Below are positions 43,655-60,119 of a DNA stretch of 64,000 nt, in pieces. Positions within the stretch are counted from its first letter, which is position 1; the number at the start of each line of letters is the position of its first letter. The stretch lies in the NCBI GenBank assembly GCA_951406725.2, contig OX597814.1, forward strand, positions 89,528,001 to 89,592,000. The letters run 5' to 3'. Source of the DNA: Octopus vulgaris (taxonomy: Eukaryota). The position numbers and the translations under genes were made by a program. A model generated the notes under the pieces. That model did no database searches. It saw only the letters and a list, made by a program, of their open reading frames with translations, and was not told where the DNA came from.

Positions 43655-45539
43655 CTCTATATATAGCTGAAGTTGTCTGTGTGTGTATGTGTGGCAGGTT
43701 TGGTAGCCTTCAACTAACACTCTCTCTTCCGAGACCCAGCGGCACAAGATGACCAAAATTGAGAGTATGATAAAATGCTTGCTTTTCATTCCGTAGAAGA
43801 AAAAAATTCAAATCGGACCATGTTAAGACCAAAAATTATTTACATCAAAAAGGTGCTTTTTTTCTGTGAAAATCCCTACTTTTAAAGATTTTTTGACTGC
43901 TGTGTCGCCGTTTTTCGGTGTATTTCAACCAGAGAAAAGTGCGATCTGCATGCTGTTACTATCTACGATGTTCAAGTCAAACCTTCAATGGATATGTTTT
44001 GATTTCACCAGACTTATCTCCTGAGAAAAAAAGAACTAGAGATCGAGTATGATAAAATATATTTAAAGCAAAATTAATAAAAGACATGCAATGAGCTTCA
44101 GAGCCAGAGATTCTAAAATCTTTCTTAAGCCTTCTTTGAGTTATAGTGGGCAAGTGACAGATCATTTCTATTGGATCGTTGAAAGTGCATATGAAATTTC
44201 AGTTATAATTTTATTATTATTATTCTAATATTGTTTAAAATATGATTTCATTTGCTTTGTGATCCGCACTTCGTTTTGATGCTCATTGTGTATATTTTGT
44301 TAGTATACTAGAGTTCTGAAATGCCAAAAGAATGAATATTATAATAGCACTAACAAACTGTAACCTTGAGCCTGATCTGAAGAATCAATACCGATCAAAC
44401 AATGTTTAAATCCTCGGTTTAAATATTTTTGTAAAAGGCAACGTGAAAGAACAGAATTATTTCGAGTCTTAAGAATGAGATATTATTAGATGTGGATAGT
44501 TTATTGAAGATAATGTACTGGTTTCATTTGATTAAGTATAAAATCTTATATTTCAGAAGAAAAGAAAATTGATGGATGGGATTTTCTTGCATTCTGAAGG
44601 GAATTTGTCGCGTAGGTGGATTGAATAGCCTCCAACAGGGTCATATTGGAAAATATATCAGTTTCTTACTTAGGATCAATACATCAAAGTTATAAGAGCA
44701 CAGAATAGTGGTTGCATAACGTTTGCATTTTTTTCTTAAAGGCTTTAGAGAACTGAAGAATGCAGCGATGTCACTTTAACTGAGGAATGTAAGATGTTCA
44801 CTGAATTAGTTTTCTGGGAGCTTCAGTTTTTGATTAAGAAACATGATAAATGACATTGAATTAACTTTAATGCATTAGTATATTTTTTTTTTTATCTCTG
44901 AAGAAGTAAAAAGTAAAGCCAATTATTGCAGGATCTGATTCCAAAAAAGTTGCTAATCATACTAGATGCTGAAAGACATTTAGAATTCACGTTGCTTCTA
45001 CATTATTAAAAATCATTTCAAGGAGATTTAGTTCCAATTTTAGAACTACAACCTTCAGCCGTAAGCAGTTATAGATTAAAACAAAACGTACGGCTTTATA
45101 ATTTGCAATGATATGCCACCTACAATTTCTAGCATGATATAATGCATCCTGTAGAAAGCCATTTGAGTTGGTCGATAAACGTGCCCTTTCTGAAATATTC
45201 AATTTCACAGTCATTCGTTTATAAACTGATTTCTTTTTCTTCCTCCAAATCAAGTTAATCTTTCTCGCTTGTCTCTACGTCTCGTAATACGTGCAATTTC
45301 TTTTCTTAAATTCTACATCAATAAGATTTTCTCATTAAAATTTGAAATATTACAATATTTGCATTCAAGTCATACTCCGTTCTCGATTTCCATATATGCA
45401 CATATGCAAAATAATAATTCATATAACTATAATAATCTGTATGATTTATAGAAACAACTTTACATTAATAAAGTTTCTAATAATTAATAATCAGTGACAT
45501 GATTTCAGTATACCTCATTAACAGCAGGTAAATTGCTAG
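43655..45539 (+). mobile_element. Helitron-like element with ~1.4 kb internal segment
   Basis: Starts TCTATATATA followed by a GT-rich block like the 6749 element; ends with a weak hairpin and CTAG|T. The link between the two ends is inferred. Confidence 0.5.
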
Positions 45540-46477
45540 TTTGTTAACAGTTCCTCTGTTTTGATTAGGCACGTCGTTTTATATACTTAAGTGATGGGTA
45601 ATACAATACAATGACGTTAATGTCTATCGTAAGCGCATTAGCGTTATAAAAATTGCCAAATGGTTTTAACCGAGGATTGAAACTATGTAGCTGATTCATC
45701 TTTACGAGAGTTTTCTTACTTATTAGCCTTTGTTAATCTCTAAAAATCAAAAAAGCATATCTTATATTGACGCAAATTCACGGATCTTGTTTTGGCTTGT
45801 TTGAAAAAGGATTTGAGTTTCGATAATTGCATCGGTCCTCACAAATGCGAATTGCGATTTGAATAGAATAGCGGAATTTGAATAGGCCAGCAAGACTTTG
45901 AGGGTTGGAAATGAATACTTTGAAGAACTTAGTACGGTACTTGAGAGTTTCTACCATTCCTTTTTCTACACATTGAAGCTTAAAACATAATTGGTATCTA
46001 AGACATTAAAAGATAAAAAAAAAACTCAAAACAGGTATAAAAAATTAAATACCTTTACTAAACAGTCAACGCTGTAGTTTGCTCTAAACTCTAGTTTCTG
46101 TAGAATTAACGTATGACGAAAAAACATTTAAACTTTGACAGGAGACCAATATATCACAAGTATACGCCACCTGAATGTCGTGCTAGTTATTTTTCACATA
46201 TATGTATGTGTGTGTTTACACACAGACTCACATATATAAAGCTTGACTTAAAGCCTTAGCCATCACTTGCAAGCTTGTAGCTGGTACTAAACTTTCGTTA
46301 GTCGCTTTAGGCACCTGTGTAGTTATGAGCAGACATAGACATCCTCTTAACCTTTCTACCCTTGAAACAGCAAAAAATCGAAACCATGCCAGCTGGAGGG
46401 AGAGAGGGTTTCATTAATGGCCGCTAGTATTCATTTTTAAGTGAATAGACTGTACTAAGAAGCACCACCTTTGCTAA

Positions 46478-46901
46478 AAATTTGAGTCATAAAAATTCCG
46501 AAGCCACAGAAATTATCACTAAAGTTTTATGGGCATTGTAGAAAAAACTAAATGAATAAGAATTTTATTTTGTCTCTGCAAAATTGCAAAAGAATGACAG
46601 TTAACCTGGTATAATGATTTCGAATTTGCCAAAAAGCACTTGATTCTCTTCAGCCAGATCTACTCGTAACAATACCAGTAATTCGATTCACAACGCCTGT
46701 GTTCATTTGAGGGCCCCAGTCACATTGAAAAGACGATACCAGGCTAACTGCCATTTCTTTTGCAATTTTGCAGAGGTAAGATACAATTCTTATTCACTTT
46801 TTTCTTCCACTATGCCTTATTCTTATTCATTTTTTTCCCACCATGCCTGTAAAAATTCAGTGATAATTCCTGTGGCTTCGGAGTTTTATGACTCCTATTT
46901 T
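46478..46901 (-). mobile_element. Foldback cassette with hammerhead (PLE-like)
   Basis: Diverged inverted arms 46478-46612 and 46736-46901; HHR at the inner edge of the left arm. Confidence 0.75.
46606..46657 (-). ncRNA. Type I hammerhead ribozyme, near-canonical
   Basis: ctgg CTGAAGA gaat...attc GAAA tcatta TA ccag; stem III is one change from palindrome ATCATGAT. Confidence 0.8.
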
Positions 46902-47245
46902 TGCCATAGATGGGATATTCCACATGTTTTTGGGATATCCCAGAAACAGCTATAAGACTTTATAAATTGCTTTGCTTAATTATTTTTAATAATAATAACA
47001 TATATAACTTGAGATGTCCTACCTTGATGTTTGTTTTTCTTTTTAACAAATTTATATCCGTCGTATCGGTAATCTACAATAGTTCCATAGTTTCATAACT
47101 CCTGCCTCAGTTACGAGCTTGGAACCTTAGTAATTCATTACAACACTTACCTAGCATACCTATCCGTTTAGATCACCTGTGAACTGAACCCCTGTATACA
47201 TATAAACATAAATATACATACATATATAATACACACGCACGCACG

Positions 47246-47288
<43 letters not shown>

Positions 47289-47329
47289 TAAGAGACTTCG
47301 CTAAGAAAGCTTCTGGAATCTTAGAATCT

Positions 47330-48500
47330 TAGAATATCATTCTTAAAATTCGTACACATTTGCCCTTTTGTAATATTTTCATTCGTTGTCATTGGATTAA
47401 CTTCATCTCTAAACACAGTAGTTTAATAAATTTTCTTTTGCCTTTTCTAGTCTTTCATTGGTTCCAGATATGAGGCTGCGATGGTTATATTAAAGTAGAG
47501 CCACCAACGGTGCTGAAAACTTCTCTTGTTCTTCGTATTTATTGACCAGAGTAGGTTGATGACACTGCTGTCATCAGTGATACTTTTTGTGATGTAGTGT
47601 CGTCTAGATTCTTCTCACTAAATATCCAGGTATTTTGTAGTATATTAACATTTCTTCCAGTGTGGTTAGTTTAATCGCAAGCTAACACCATATCCATCCT
47701 CAGCTCATGGGTGGGGAAGGAAGTGCAACTTTTGGTAGCATTCAGTAACACATAGTTTTGGCATTCATACAATATTTGATATTAACACTTCGAAGATTTT
47801 CCAAATATAAAATACTAAGTCTCTATCTATCTGACTTTCACTTTCTGTAATCATAGGAAGTAGAATTTCGAATTCTCTGAAGCTCGGTATTTTCTTATTA
47901 GCAATAATGTTTGGATTGTTTCCAGATCAGTAGTGAGTTTGACACTTACGAATAAACCTGAAAAGGGAGTAATAATCTGGACAATTGATAACACAAAATC
48001 AATATGGTTTCTAGTTCTATAGTTATACAAGCTCTTGGAATTGATCATATCAGTTGTCTGTACATTGTTTTCGTTACATGTACAGGAAGCGATGAGTCAT
48101 TGCTCATTACAATTCTCCGATCGCGCATTGATTCTGAAATTTGATATTCCAATCTCACTGTGTTCTCTGTGTTCTTGCTTATGTATCCTTGTTGGAATGT
48201 GTTAGAAGGCTGATAGGGAAGGGCTCGAAACTTTCCAGTATCGAATTACATGTTTGCTTTCATCTGTATCAGTGAAGCTGCATATTGGATTGAGATTTTT
48301 TAGTGTCATCATGACTCTTCATTGCCTGACCCCACCCCAAGCCTTGATATATTTCAGTATAATCAACATAGCTAGTGAGCAAGTTATTTCTATTAACAAA
48401 ATATTTATTATTAGTCAAAACTTAATAATATTTTACCACCACAGTAGGAGGCCGTTGTCAGTTTATTATCAATTCTAAAATTACATCTCGTATTGCACCA
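47330..48500 (-). mobile_element. Very degenerate LINE 3' part, probably Dong/R4
   Basis: Only scattered resemblance to the R4 C-terminal endonuclease region and to the 42100 element. Confidence 0.4.
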
Positions 48501-48790
48501 CACCCTTAGATATTGATTATGTATTTTCTTTGGCAGAGGAAAGAAAAAAAGAAAAGGGCTTTTAGCTAATTCACCGAAAACTCAATATAAAACTTCTATT
48601 TTCAACTAATGTTGTATAAGGTTACATTGACATTAAATAGATTAACATCAGGAACATTATCAACAGAAGAAAAAAAAAATCAGAAACATTTGGAGAAGTT
48701 TCTATATTTTCTAGAATCACTTGAAAGGTACAAAAGACGAAATATTAAACGTATTTTCATCCATTATTGTATATTTTATTATTAATACCC

Positions 48791-48846
<56 letters not shown>

Positions 48847-49416
48847 CAAAATATCCTTTTTTTATATATTTTCATTAACCCTAAATCCAATTTCTATGAA
48901 TAGTAATTTGTTATATTTTGCGTTATATTTGATATTTTCCATTAATCCAATATCTATAAATAATTTTCTCGCCAAAATTACAAAGATATTGCGGAGAGAA
49001 ATTTTATTTATATTCTTCTTAATCCTTAACCGAGATTTTCATAACTTTTAGGTTCAATACTAGAAAAATACGCGAACAAAATCGAACATATCAGGAAATA
49101 TCAAACAGCCGAACCAAGCTGACAAGTTTTCTTTGAATCAAGTCAATCCCACTTTGCACCTTCCATCAGCGAAAATATTGCAAAGCTAACATGAAATTCT
49201 TTATAATGTTCTCTTGTATTAGGCACACATATTTCTATATTAAAATTTGTGTCCGCTGTTTCATTACGTTTTTTTCATAATTTCTCCAATTCTCTGTTTC
49301 CTGATACCTTTTTATACTCAAAATATTAAACACGTTCTTAAGAAATGGTGCAAAGCATTGGTGAACAAACTATCAATGAATGTACCAAAAGAATAAATCC
49401 ATGTAGTTTCTCGAAG

Positions 49417-49458
49417 TGAGAACTGCAAGGAATCGTTTACATCTCTATTCCTTTTAAC

Positions 49459-49543
<85 letters not shown>

Positions 49544-49584
49544 TTAAAAGGAATAGAGATGTGAACGATTCCTTGCAGTTCTCA
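49417..49584. repeat. Near-perfect palindrome centred on (CT)n(TA)n(GA)n
   Basis: ~42 bp unique arms with two mismatches plus mirrored microsatellites. Confidence 0.92.
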
Positions 49585-49598
49585 TATATATATATATA

Positions 49599-49987
49599 TC
49601 TTTTACTTGTTTCAGTCATTTGACTGCGGCCATGTTGGAGCACCACCTTTAGTCGAGCAAATCGACCCCAGGACTTATTCTTTGCAAGCCTAGTACTTAT
49701 TCTATCGGTCTCTTTTGCCGAACCGCTAAGTTACGGGGACGTAAACACACCAGCATCGGTTGTCAAGCGATGTTGGGGGACAAACACAGACATACAAACA
49801 CACACACACACACACATATATATATACATATATACGACGGGCTTCTTTCAGTTTCCGCCTACCAAATCCACTCACAAGGCTTTGGTCGGCCCGAGGCTAT
49901 AGCAGAAGACACTTTCCCAAGGTGTCACGCAGTGGGACTGAACCCGGAACCATGTGGTTGGTAAGGAAGCTACTTACCACACAGCCA
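49599..49987 (-). mobile_element. tRNA-derived SINE family D, full length
   Basis: A box tggctgtgtgg, B box ggttcagtccc, tail ending gactgaaacaagtaaaaga. Confidence 0.88.
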
Positions 49988-50223
49988 TGGCTTCTCCACT
50001 CTACCTAAAATATATACACAACATGATAAGCATATGACATCAGTCTCACTCACGCAATTCTCTAGACATAGCTGGACACTTTTACCAATCTTACATCAGT
50101 CATTTAGTAAGGATGGTTCCAAAACAAAACGGAATTAACGTCGTACGTACCAAATCAACAACTCCTATCAGCAACAGAAGAGAACATAAATATAATCCGC
50201 CATTATGCATGCGCACGTACACG

Positions 50224-50270
<47 letters not shown>

Positions 50271-50543
50271 CTCAAAATACACACAGAGAGAATGCAAAAC
50301 TACCTGCTGTTACATGCAACCCACCCCGCATCATTCACAGGAGACAAAAATCACACAATAAAGAAAGCAAAACCACGCGCAGACATGCTGAGGGTGTTCA
50401 CAAGTACCATATTTGGTTAAGAAAAACGCCCCAAATTTCTGTAACTGTTGTTGTTGTTGTTGTTGTTTAAATTTCATTGACATTGTCGTGTCTATTACAA
50501 TACAGCTAATCTATATGAATAACTTAAGAATTAAATAAGAGAA

Positions 50544-50594
<51 letters not shown>

Positions 50595-52187
50595 TTGTCT
50601 GTCTGTCTGTCTGACTGTCTGTCTATACGTATACATAGACAAATGTATGTATATATCATGTATATGTAAATATGCATTAGTGTATATGTGCACACACACA
50701 AACACATAAACACACACAAACCTACACACAAACGCAAACACACACATACACACAAACAAACACAACCACACACACACAAACACACAGACAGACACACACT
50801 CACATGTTTCAGTTTATTTGACCCCCGTCGATATAGTATACTTTAATTTACTTCTCCTAGATCAGATATTACGAGGCATTCAAGGTAGCGTTCCTTTTAA
50901 GTTATGTTTCATGTCTCCCGTTGTTTTTGCTAATACATTCGTCAAAATTGTTCTGAAATCTCCTTTTCCCAATGTGACACATCATCTGCAGATCAGCTTA
51001 AACTATACTGGTGAGGTTAAGTATATTGTCTCACAAGTTGATAGCTATTTTCCATCCGAAAGTAAAAAAAAATGAGATCAGATTAAATTAATTTGAGAAG
51101 ATATTTTTAATTTCTCGAACTATTTTCCCATTCTCTCAGGCAATCACAAACGATTGCCTTTAGGTTTACATTTTCTATCTCGAATTCAAGGAGAAATTTC
51201 AGTAAATTAAATATTTATTGTATATAGCATTCAGCACATCACCCTTTAAAGTAATTATTCAACTTCTCAGCATTAACCTCTTTGAGTTATTTCCGTTAGC
51301 TCTTTTATTTTTAATTATGCAAATTATGATTGGTTAAAAATATGCTTAACTCATTTTCTAATTTTAATAATGTGGTACCTCATCAGCAGACAAATTTAAA
51401 TTCTACTATGCTGGGAGATGTCAACGGACCGATACATACGTCCATAGAAGTTTACTGGCTGCAAATAAAATTACGCTGTTCCTTCCCTAGAGGTCAACTA
51501 ATTGCTTCACCACATACCGAATTTAGAAATAGGAGTTAAAAATTCCTTTTCTACTACTGTAAGAATCTCCACGGCAGGAACACATTTTTTTACTTTGGCA
51601 AAGAGAAAAACAACGAATCAACACGACTCCGATTTTGAGTGTTTAAGTTATTTCTCTCTTCAGTGTAGCATTTCCAATTATAAAATTTGGAAGTGCTAGA
51701 GTTAAATATGCACACGATCAAGCGACATCGAGCAACAGATATCCAACCAACACTTCCAAAATTTACACAGCCAAATGTGAATACACTATTCATCTCTTGT
51801 ACCCACGTGTATGTTACGAGCAGTACCGCAGAAAACTGCAGTATTCTATCATGGAGTAAATTATAATTTCAAATAAATAATAAATGGGTAAAATTACTTA
51901 ATTAATCAATCAATTAATTAATAATTTTACCAAATAGATCAGTACGTTAAAATAACCTTTATAGGTAAAATTATACAAATATTCTATAATTATAAATAAA
52001 TATATATATCATACAAGCAAATTATTTATACTTCCATATTTCTCCATTTTCTTTCAATATTAATTATGTGTTACTATGATAATCCCTAACATAGCGTCGA
52101 GACTTTCTCCTTATATGATAGTGATTAACCAGAGTGGAATCTTTTGGATTATATAATCCTTAATGTGGACCTAACATCCTCAAATTG

Positions 52188-52240
<53 letters not shown>

Positions 52241-52255
52241 CGTTCAGAGATTTAT

Positions 52256-52309
<54 letters not shown>

Positions 52310-52674
52310 CTCATTTTAGCCATGCGGCTGCGGTCATGCTGGAGCATTTATGTATATGTATCATATTGTAGCATACACATACAGCCATGCATTCTCTCTG
52401 TTGCGTGACACCCTGTTGAATGACCCATGTTCTTCATTTTAGTTTCATAATGACTCCACAGTTTCAAAATATCTTAAGTTCTCGTCAGATTTCGTTTAAA
52501 TAGCGCACTGATGCTGAGGCGATGCGGCTTACAGATACACACAAATTAATTCACAAGCAGTGGAATAATTAGTTCTCTAACGTTTGAGAAATCAACAAAA
52601 CTCCAACGCAGGCACAAAATTACACACCTCGACATAGCAATGTTTTAAATTCTAATACTGTGTTGATGTGTTGG

Positions 52675-52729
<55 letters not shown>

Positions 52730-52792
52730 CAAACGCACGTGTATGCACACTCACATGTATGTATGTGTATGAAATAATGAGAGACTGTGAAA

Positions 52793-52851
<59 letters not shown>

Positions 52852-53822
52852 GGAAAGGAAAAACAGATTTGAGGAATTAACTGACCGATTAAATTTGTTT
52901 TTAAATCATTAGCATTAACGTTTCTGTTGCAAAAGTTTTTTTTTAATTACGAAAGAACTGATATTAGCCAACTTTTTAGATTTTATTTTTACCTTTGTTT
53001 ATTACTGTTATCAACTCTCACATCACATCCCGGTAGTCTTAGCTTCTGGAAATGTTATCTTAGCAGCAAAACGTCTACTGAGAGTCTTAAATCTTTTATA
53101 AAAGACTCTATTGTATTGTATTTCTTTTTCTCCACAGATTACCATTGGTACTACTGAAGAGATCACTGTTAATTATCTTCTCCAATAGAAGCTTCCAATC
53201 AGACTAGATGTAAAATAAAATGAATTAAAACTAAAATAAGAACAAAATGAAAGTAAGAAAGAAATCTTATATCGATTATTTTTATTGTCTTTTGATGGTG
53301 CAATGAAATTGGAGAGAAGACAATAAAACGTTATACATACAGACGAGAAATAATCATGGTAAATCAGTGGATCTACAATAAAACGTAGATATATAGAAAA
53401 TGTATTGAGGAATAAATAAAATGTAACAATTAGTTCTAATATTTAGTAAATATTTTCCTTGGAACTTGATAAAAATTACACTGTTTACGTACACTATGTT
53501 ATTAAGATCTGTACAAATGATATGTTCTTTCTTAGAATTTTCATTCAAAATTGGTGATTTATCGTCTAATCCGAATAATCATCTCTTTTCTTTTTTTGTT
53601 TACTTATATACTGTTTGTTCTTAAGATTTGTCTGCTCAAGGATTTTCATTCAAAATCTCTGATTTGTTGTCAGCCCTCATGAAGTCATTTGTTGACCGTT
53701 TTTCAGCTTCTCTTGTAAGAAATATAATTCACAGCAATACCTCAATACAATTCTCTACAATGAACTAACGCTTGGTTATTCATCAACTGATATTTTGTGT
53801 AAAGAGATGTATATTCATATTT

Positions 53823-54057
53823 AAGGCGACGAGCTGGCAGAAATGTTAGCACGTCGGGGGAAATGCTTAGCAGTATTTCGTCTGCCGTTACGTTCTGAGT
53901 TCAAATTCCGCCGAGGTCGACTTTGCCTTTCATCCTTTCGGGGTCGATAAATTAAGTACCAGTTACGCACTGGGGTCGATGTAATTGACTTAATCTCTTT
54001 GTCTGTCCTTGTTTGTCCCCTCTATGTTTAGCCCCTTGTGGGCAATAACGAAATAAA
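53823..54057 (+). mobile_element. SINE family A, tail type 1, with TSD
   Basis: 16-bp TSD atgtatattcatattt at 53807 and 54058. Confidence 0.92.
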
Positions 54058-54929
54058 ATGTATATTCATATTTGGGGTCTAATGAAAAAAAGATCTGCAC
54101 CATATCGCTCTGAATTCAAATCTCGTTGAATTCAGATTAAAACTTTGCATTTGATCTCCCACAGTACAATAAAATAAAGTATTGGTCTACTGCTGGACTA
54201 TATTTATTCCTACGATGCATCCTGTGGTGGAATACTGCTCATTTACGTGTTTCAGTCACTGGATTGTGATTGTACTGGGGCATCCCTTTGAACGGTTTAC
54301 TCGAATCCATACTTATTCCTTGAAAGTTGGTACATATTCTATCGTGCACGTTTGCTGAACTGATAAGTTACAGGGACGCAAACAAACCATCAAGTATTGG
54401 TGGAACAACCACAAAGACACGTACACATATATACATATACACACAAATACACACTCACTCACACATACACATGTATAGGAGAGGGATTCCACACAGTTAT
54501 CGTTTCTCGAATTCACTCATACGATATTAGTTGATCCGAGCTATAGTAGAATACACTTTCTCGCGTGTACCGAGCAGTAGGACTAAAACTAAAATTACGT
54601 GATTTCGAAACGAACTTCGAAGCATAGAGACTTACTTAAAGATTTGAGAGAAAAAATGAAGTTGATCAGTGTTATGACGAAATGTTTTACAAGGGTGAAG
54701 GCCAGGCAACGATAAGGATCACCGATTCTAACTTCTATTTCTTAACTGATGGAAATAAGCCTGTAATAGAAAGAATTTATCGAGTAGAAAAGAAGAGCAA
54801 TGCTCATAGCTTTTGTAAACCTAATCAGACTGATACGGTACGTATGGTGAATAGATACCTCGAATTTCTGTAGGACGATATCACAAAAAATGTGGTTAGG
54901 AAGAGCATAAGACAATGTGGGGGTCAGTG

Positions 54930-54973
<44 letters not shown>

Positions 54974-57530
54974 AGTGAAAGAGAGAGAGAGAGGGGGGAG
55001 TGAAAGAGAGAGAAAGAGTGAGGGGTTGATAGGTAAATAAATAGATAGAAAGAGATATAATAACCAGACTTCTAGATTAATGATTACTGGGCAATGGATA
55101 TTCTAGCAGTAGCAGAGACAAAATGTTAGCGATTATTGTGTTCATAAGTCTTTGTTGATCAGCCAAATAGTTATCATTAGGATGAATACTAGGTTGTTTG
55201 AAGCAATGTCTGATATATGTGAACAATAGTCTAGTTCTAATTGGTCTTCGTAAAGAGTCACCAACAAACTGACTAGTGGAGTAATTTCTAACCCCGAAGA
55301 GAAAGTTTTAACTATCGCAGTATGAAGCATATAGGATGTGTTATATATATATATATATAACTTGTTTCAGTCGTGTGACTACGGATACTGCTTTGAAGAA
55401 TTCTTAGGCGAATGAATCGATCCCAGTACATTTTTAAAGCCTGGTACTTATTCTATAGGTCTGTTTTTCCGAACCACTAGGTTACGGGGACGTAAACAAA
55501 CTAACACCGGTTGCCAAGAGGTGGTCGGGGACAAACACAGACACGAAGACACACATAGATATATATATATATATATATATATATACGGCGCACTTCTTTC
55601 AGTTTCCGTCTACCAAATCCAAATCCACACAAGGCTTTGGTCGGCCCGAGGCTATAGTAGAAGACACTTGCCTAAAGTGACACGCCTTGAGACAGAAACC
55701 GGAATCCCTTACATAGTACATAAATGACAACCATATTGCATAAATGAGAAAAGTTTACACAGAATTTAAATAGTATATCCTTTATGAAGTAGTTTCGATC
55801 AAATAATATTTGTTGTCTTGTTCAATTGATCTTCAATTGGGGGATATTCTAATCCCTTTTAAGAAGGATCTTTTAACGTAAATAGAAATTGTGGTCATTA
55901 ACTAAAATATATAGAATGCGAGTTTAATGATATGTTGCTAACGACAACTGAGAATATTTTCCACTGCAGATATATTATTTATAATCGCTCGAGTGTACAG
56001 CTGCATATAATTGCAGAATCTAACACCTTCAACCTCTAAGACTAGCTTTCTAGAACACATCTACGCCAACACATTCCTAACATTAACGTAAGTCAGTAAC
56101 ATTGATACATTTTTAAGAGAAAATGTCAAATCACACCGCTAAGTGCGACTACTTCTCTTGCGCTCTTTCTCTGTTGTACTCTTTCTCTCTGTCCATCTCT
56201 TCGCAATCTATTTTAAACAGAAACAATGTGATCTCGAAAAAGTCGCACCGAGTCTATTCGAAATGATATTTGTATTATTAACGCTCATTATACACTCAGC
56301 ACATTGCAATAATTCAATGAAGCGATACTAGATTTAAAATTCTGTACGCAGCAGCGGTTCGATGGACACATTGAACTAGCAATTATAGCAGCCTGTTGAA
56401 TATATAAGCAGAGAAAATTTACACCGACAGTTGATACGATCTCCTACTAGCTTTTAGTATAAATAACAAATAAATGATAGTAATATCTGGATTAACAGAA
56501 CAGCAGAAGCCTGAACTGGATGCAGCAAAGAAAATCTAGTTCGGTTCCTTATTTATATTATTCCAAAACTGTCTGTTGTCGATGTATTAAGAACCTATAA
56601 TATACTAGGGTTAACTTGATCAATTATATACATATTCTGAATATAAAAATATCATTGAGTATCAGATATTTTGTCACTCTTTTTTGGTTTCAATTAATGC
56701 TGGGGCAACACTTTCAAGGGTATTTGTAAAACATATCGATCCCAATACATTAGTATTTAATTTATCGATCTAGGTGTGAGGAAAGGTAAAGTCAACTTGA
56801 GCGTAAAGGGATGGGATGAAAACGTAAAGAGACTTAACTAAATACTGCAATGTTTTTTTGTTCGACGTGCAGATTCTGTCAATGCTTTCATTAAATCGAA
56901 GCAAAAAATAAAAGAAGTAATTTATTCCATCAACGTGTCATGCAGAAGGATCGAACTTCATACTTTTTAAGCATTCAGTCACGGTTGCACATCGTACATC
57001 ATCTATATAACACTTCTGAAAAATTTTAAGGATATTGGAATTGGGGTTGTTATCGATTTCACAGAGGAGGAGAATATGATTGATGGTTTGTAGGTCTTGA
57101 CGTGTAGATCTGACTTCAAATATTGTTGATTGCAATCGATTTTGACTTTTATTCAACCAGGGTCGATCAAATGCCTATCAATAATATATTAGGAATCAAT
57201 TCACTCGTCTTTTATCGCTTCTATTCAATTGTGAGAACTAATACAGAAATGATGAAATCCACTTTTCGCTTTTAAAGGAGATTTCTGTGTAAGTAAAAAA
57301 AATAATAAATCAATGTCATAGCATTCAAAGTTCCAATATGCAAGGAAAAATTTATTTTAAGTTTGAAAGCTGAAACTCAGCTTACAGTTGGCGTTACCAC
57401 TAGCCAGAAGATTAAACTCAGATAAATTGACCATTACGTTTAGAAACTTATAAAAGTATAAAATATTTTCCCATTGCAAATGTTAAAACTCATATCTTGG
57501 ACAATATACCTTGTGCCTATAGTAGAAAGG

Positions 57531-60007
<2,477 letters not shown>

Positions 60008-60119
60008 AATAATAATAATAATAATAATAATAATCATAATAATCATAATAATAATGATGATGATGACGACGACGACGATGACGACAACAACAACAACAAC
60101 AACAACAACAATAATGATC

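Noticed and set aside
51340-51392. CTGATGA...GAAA on the minus strand; similar partial cores at 3853, 10160, 22462 and 44378
   Set aside because: Missing stem II or GAAA; expected by chance or part of other sequence.
52453-52495. CTGACGA...GAAA on the minus strand
   Set aside because: No stem I and the cleavage position would be G.
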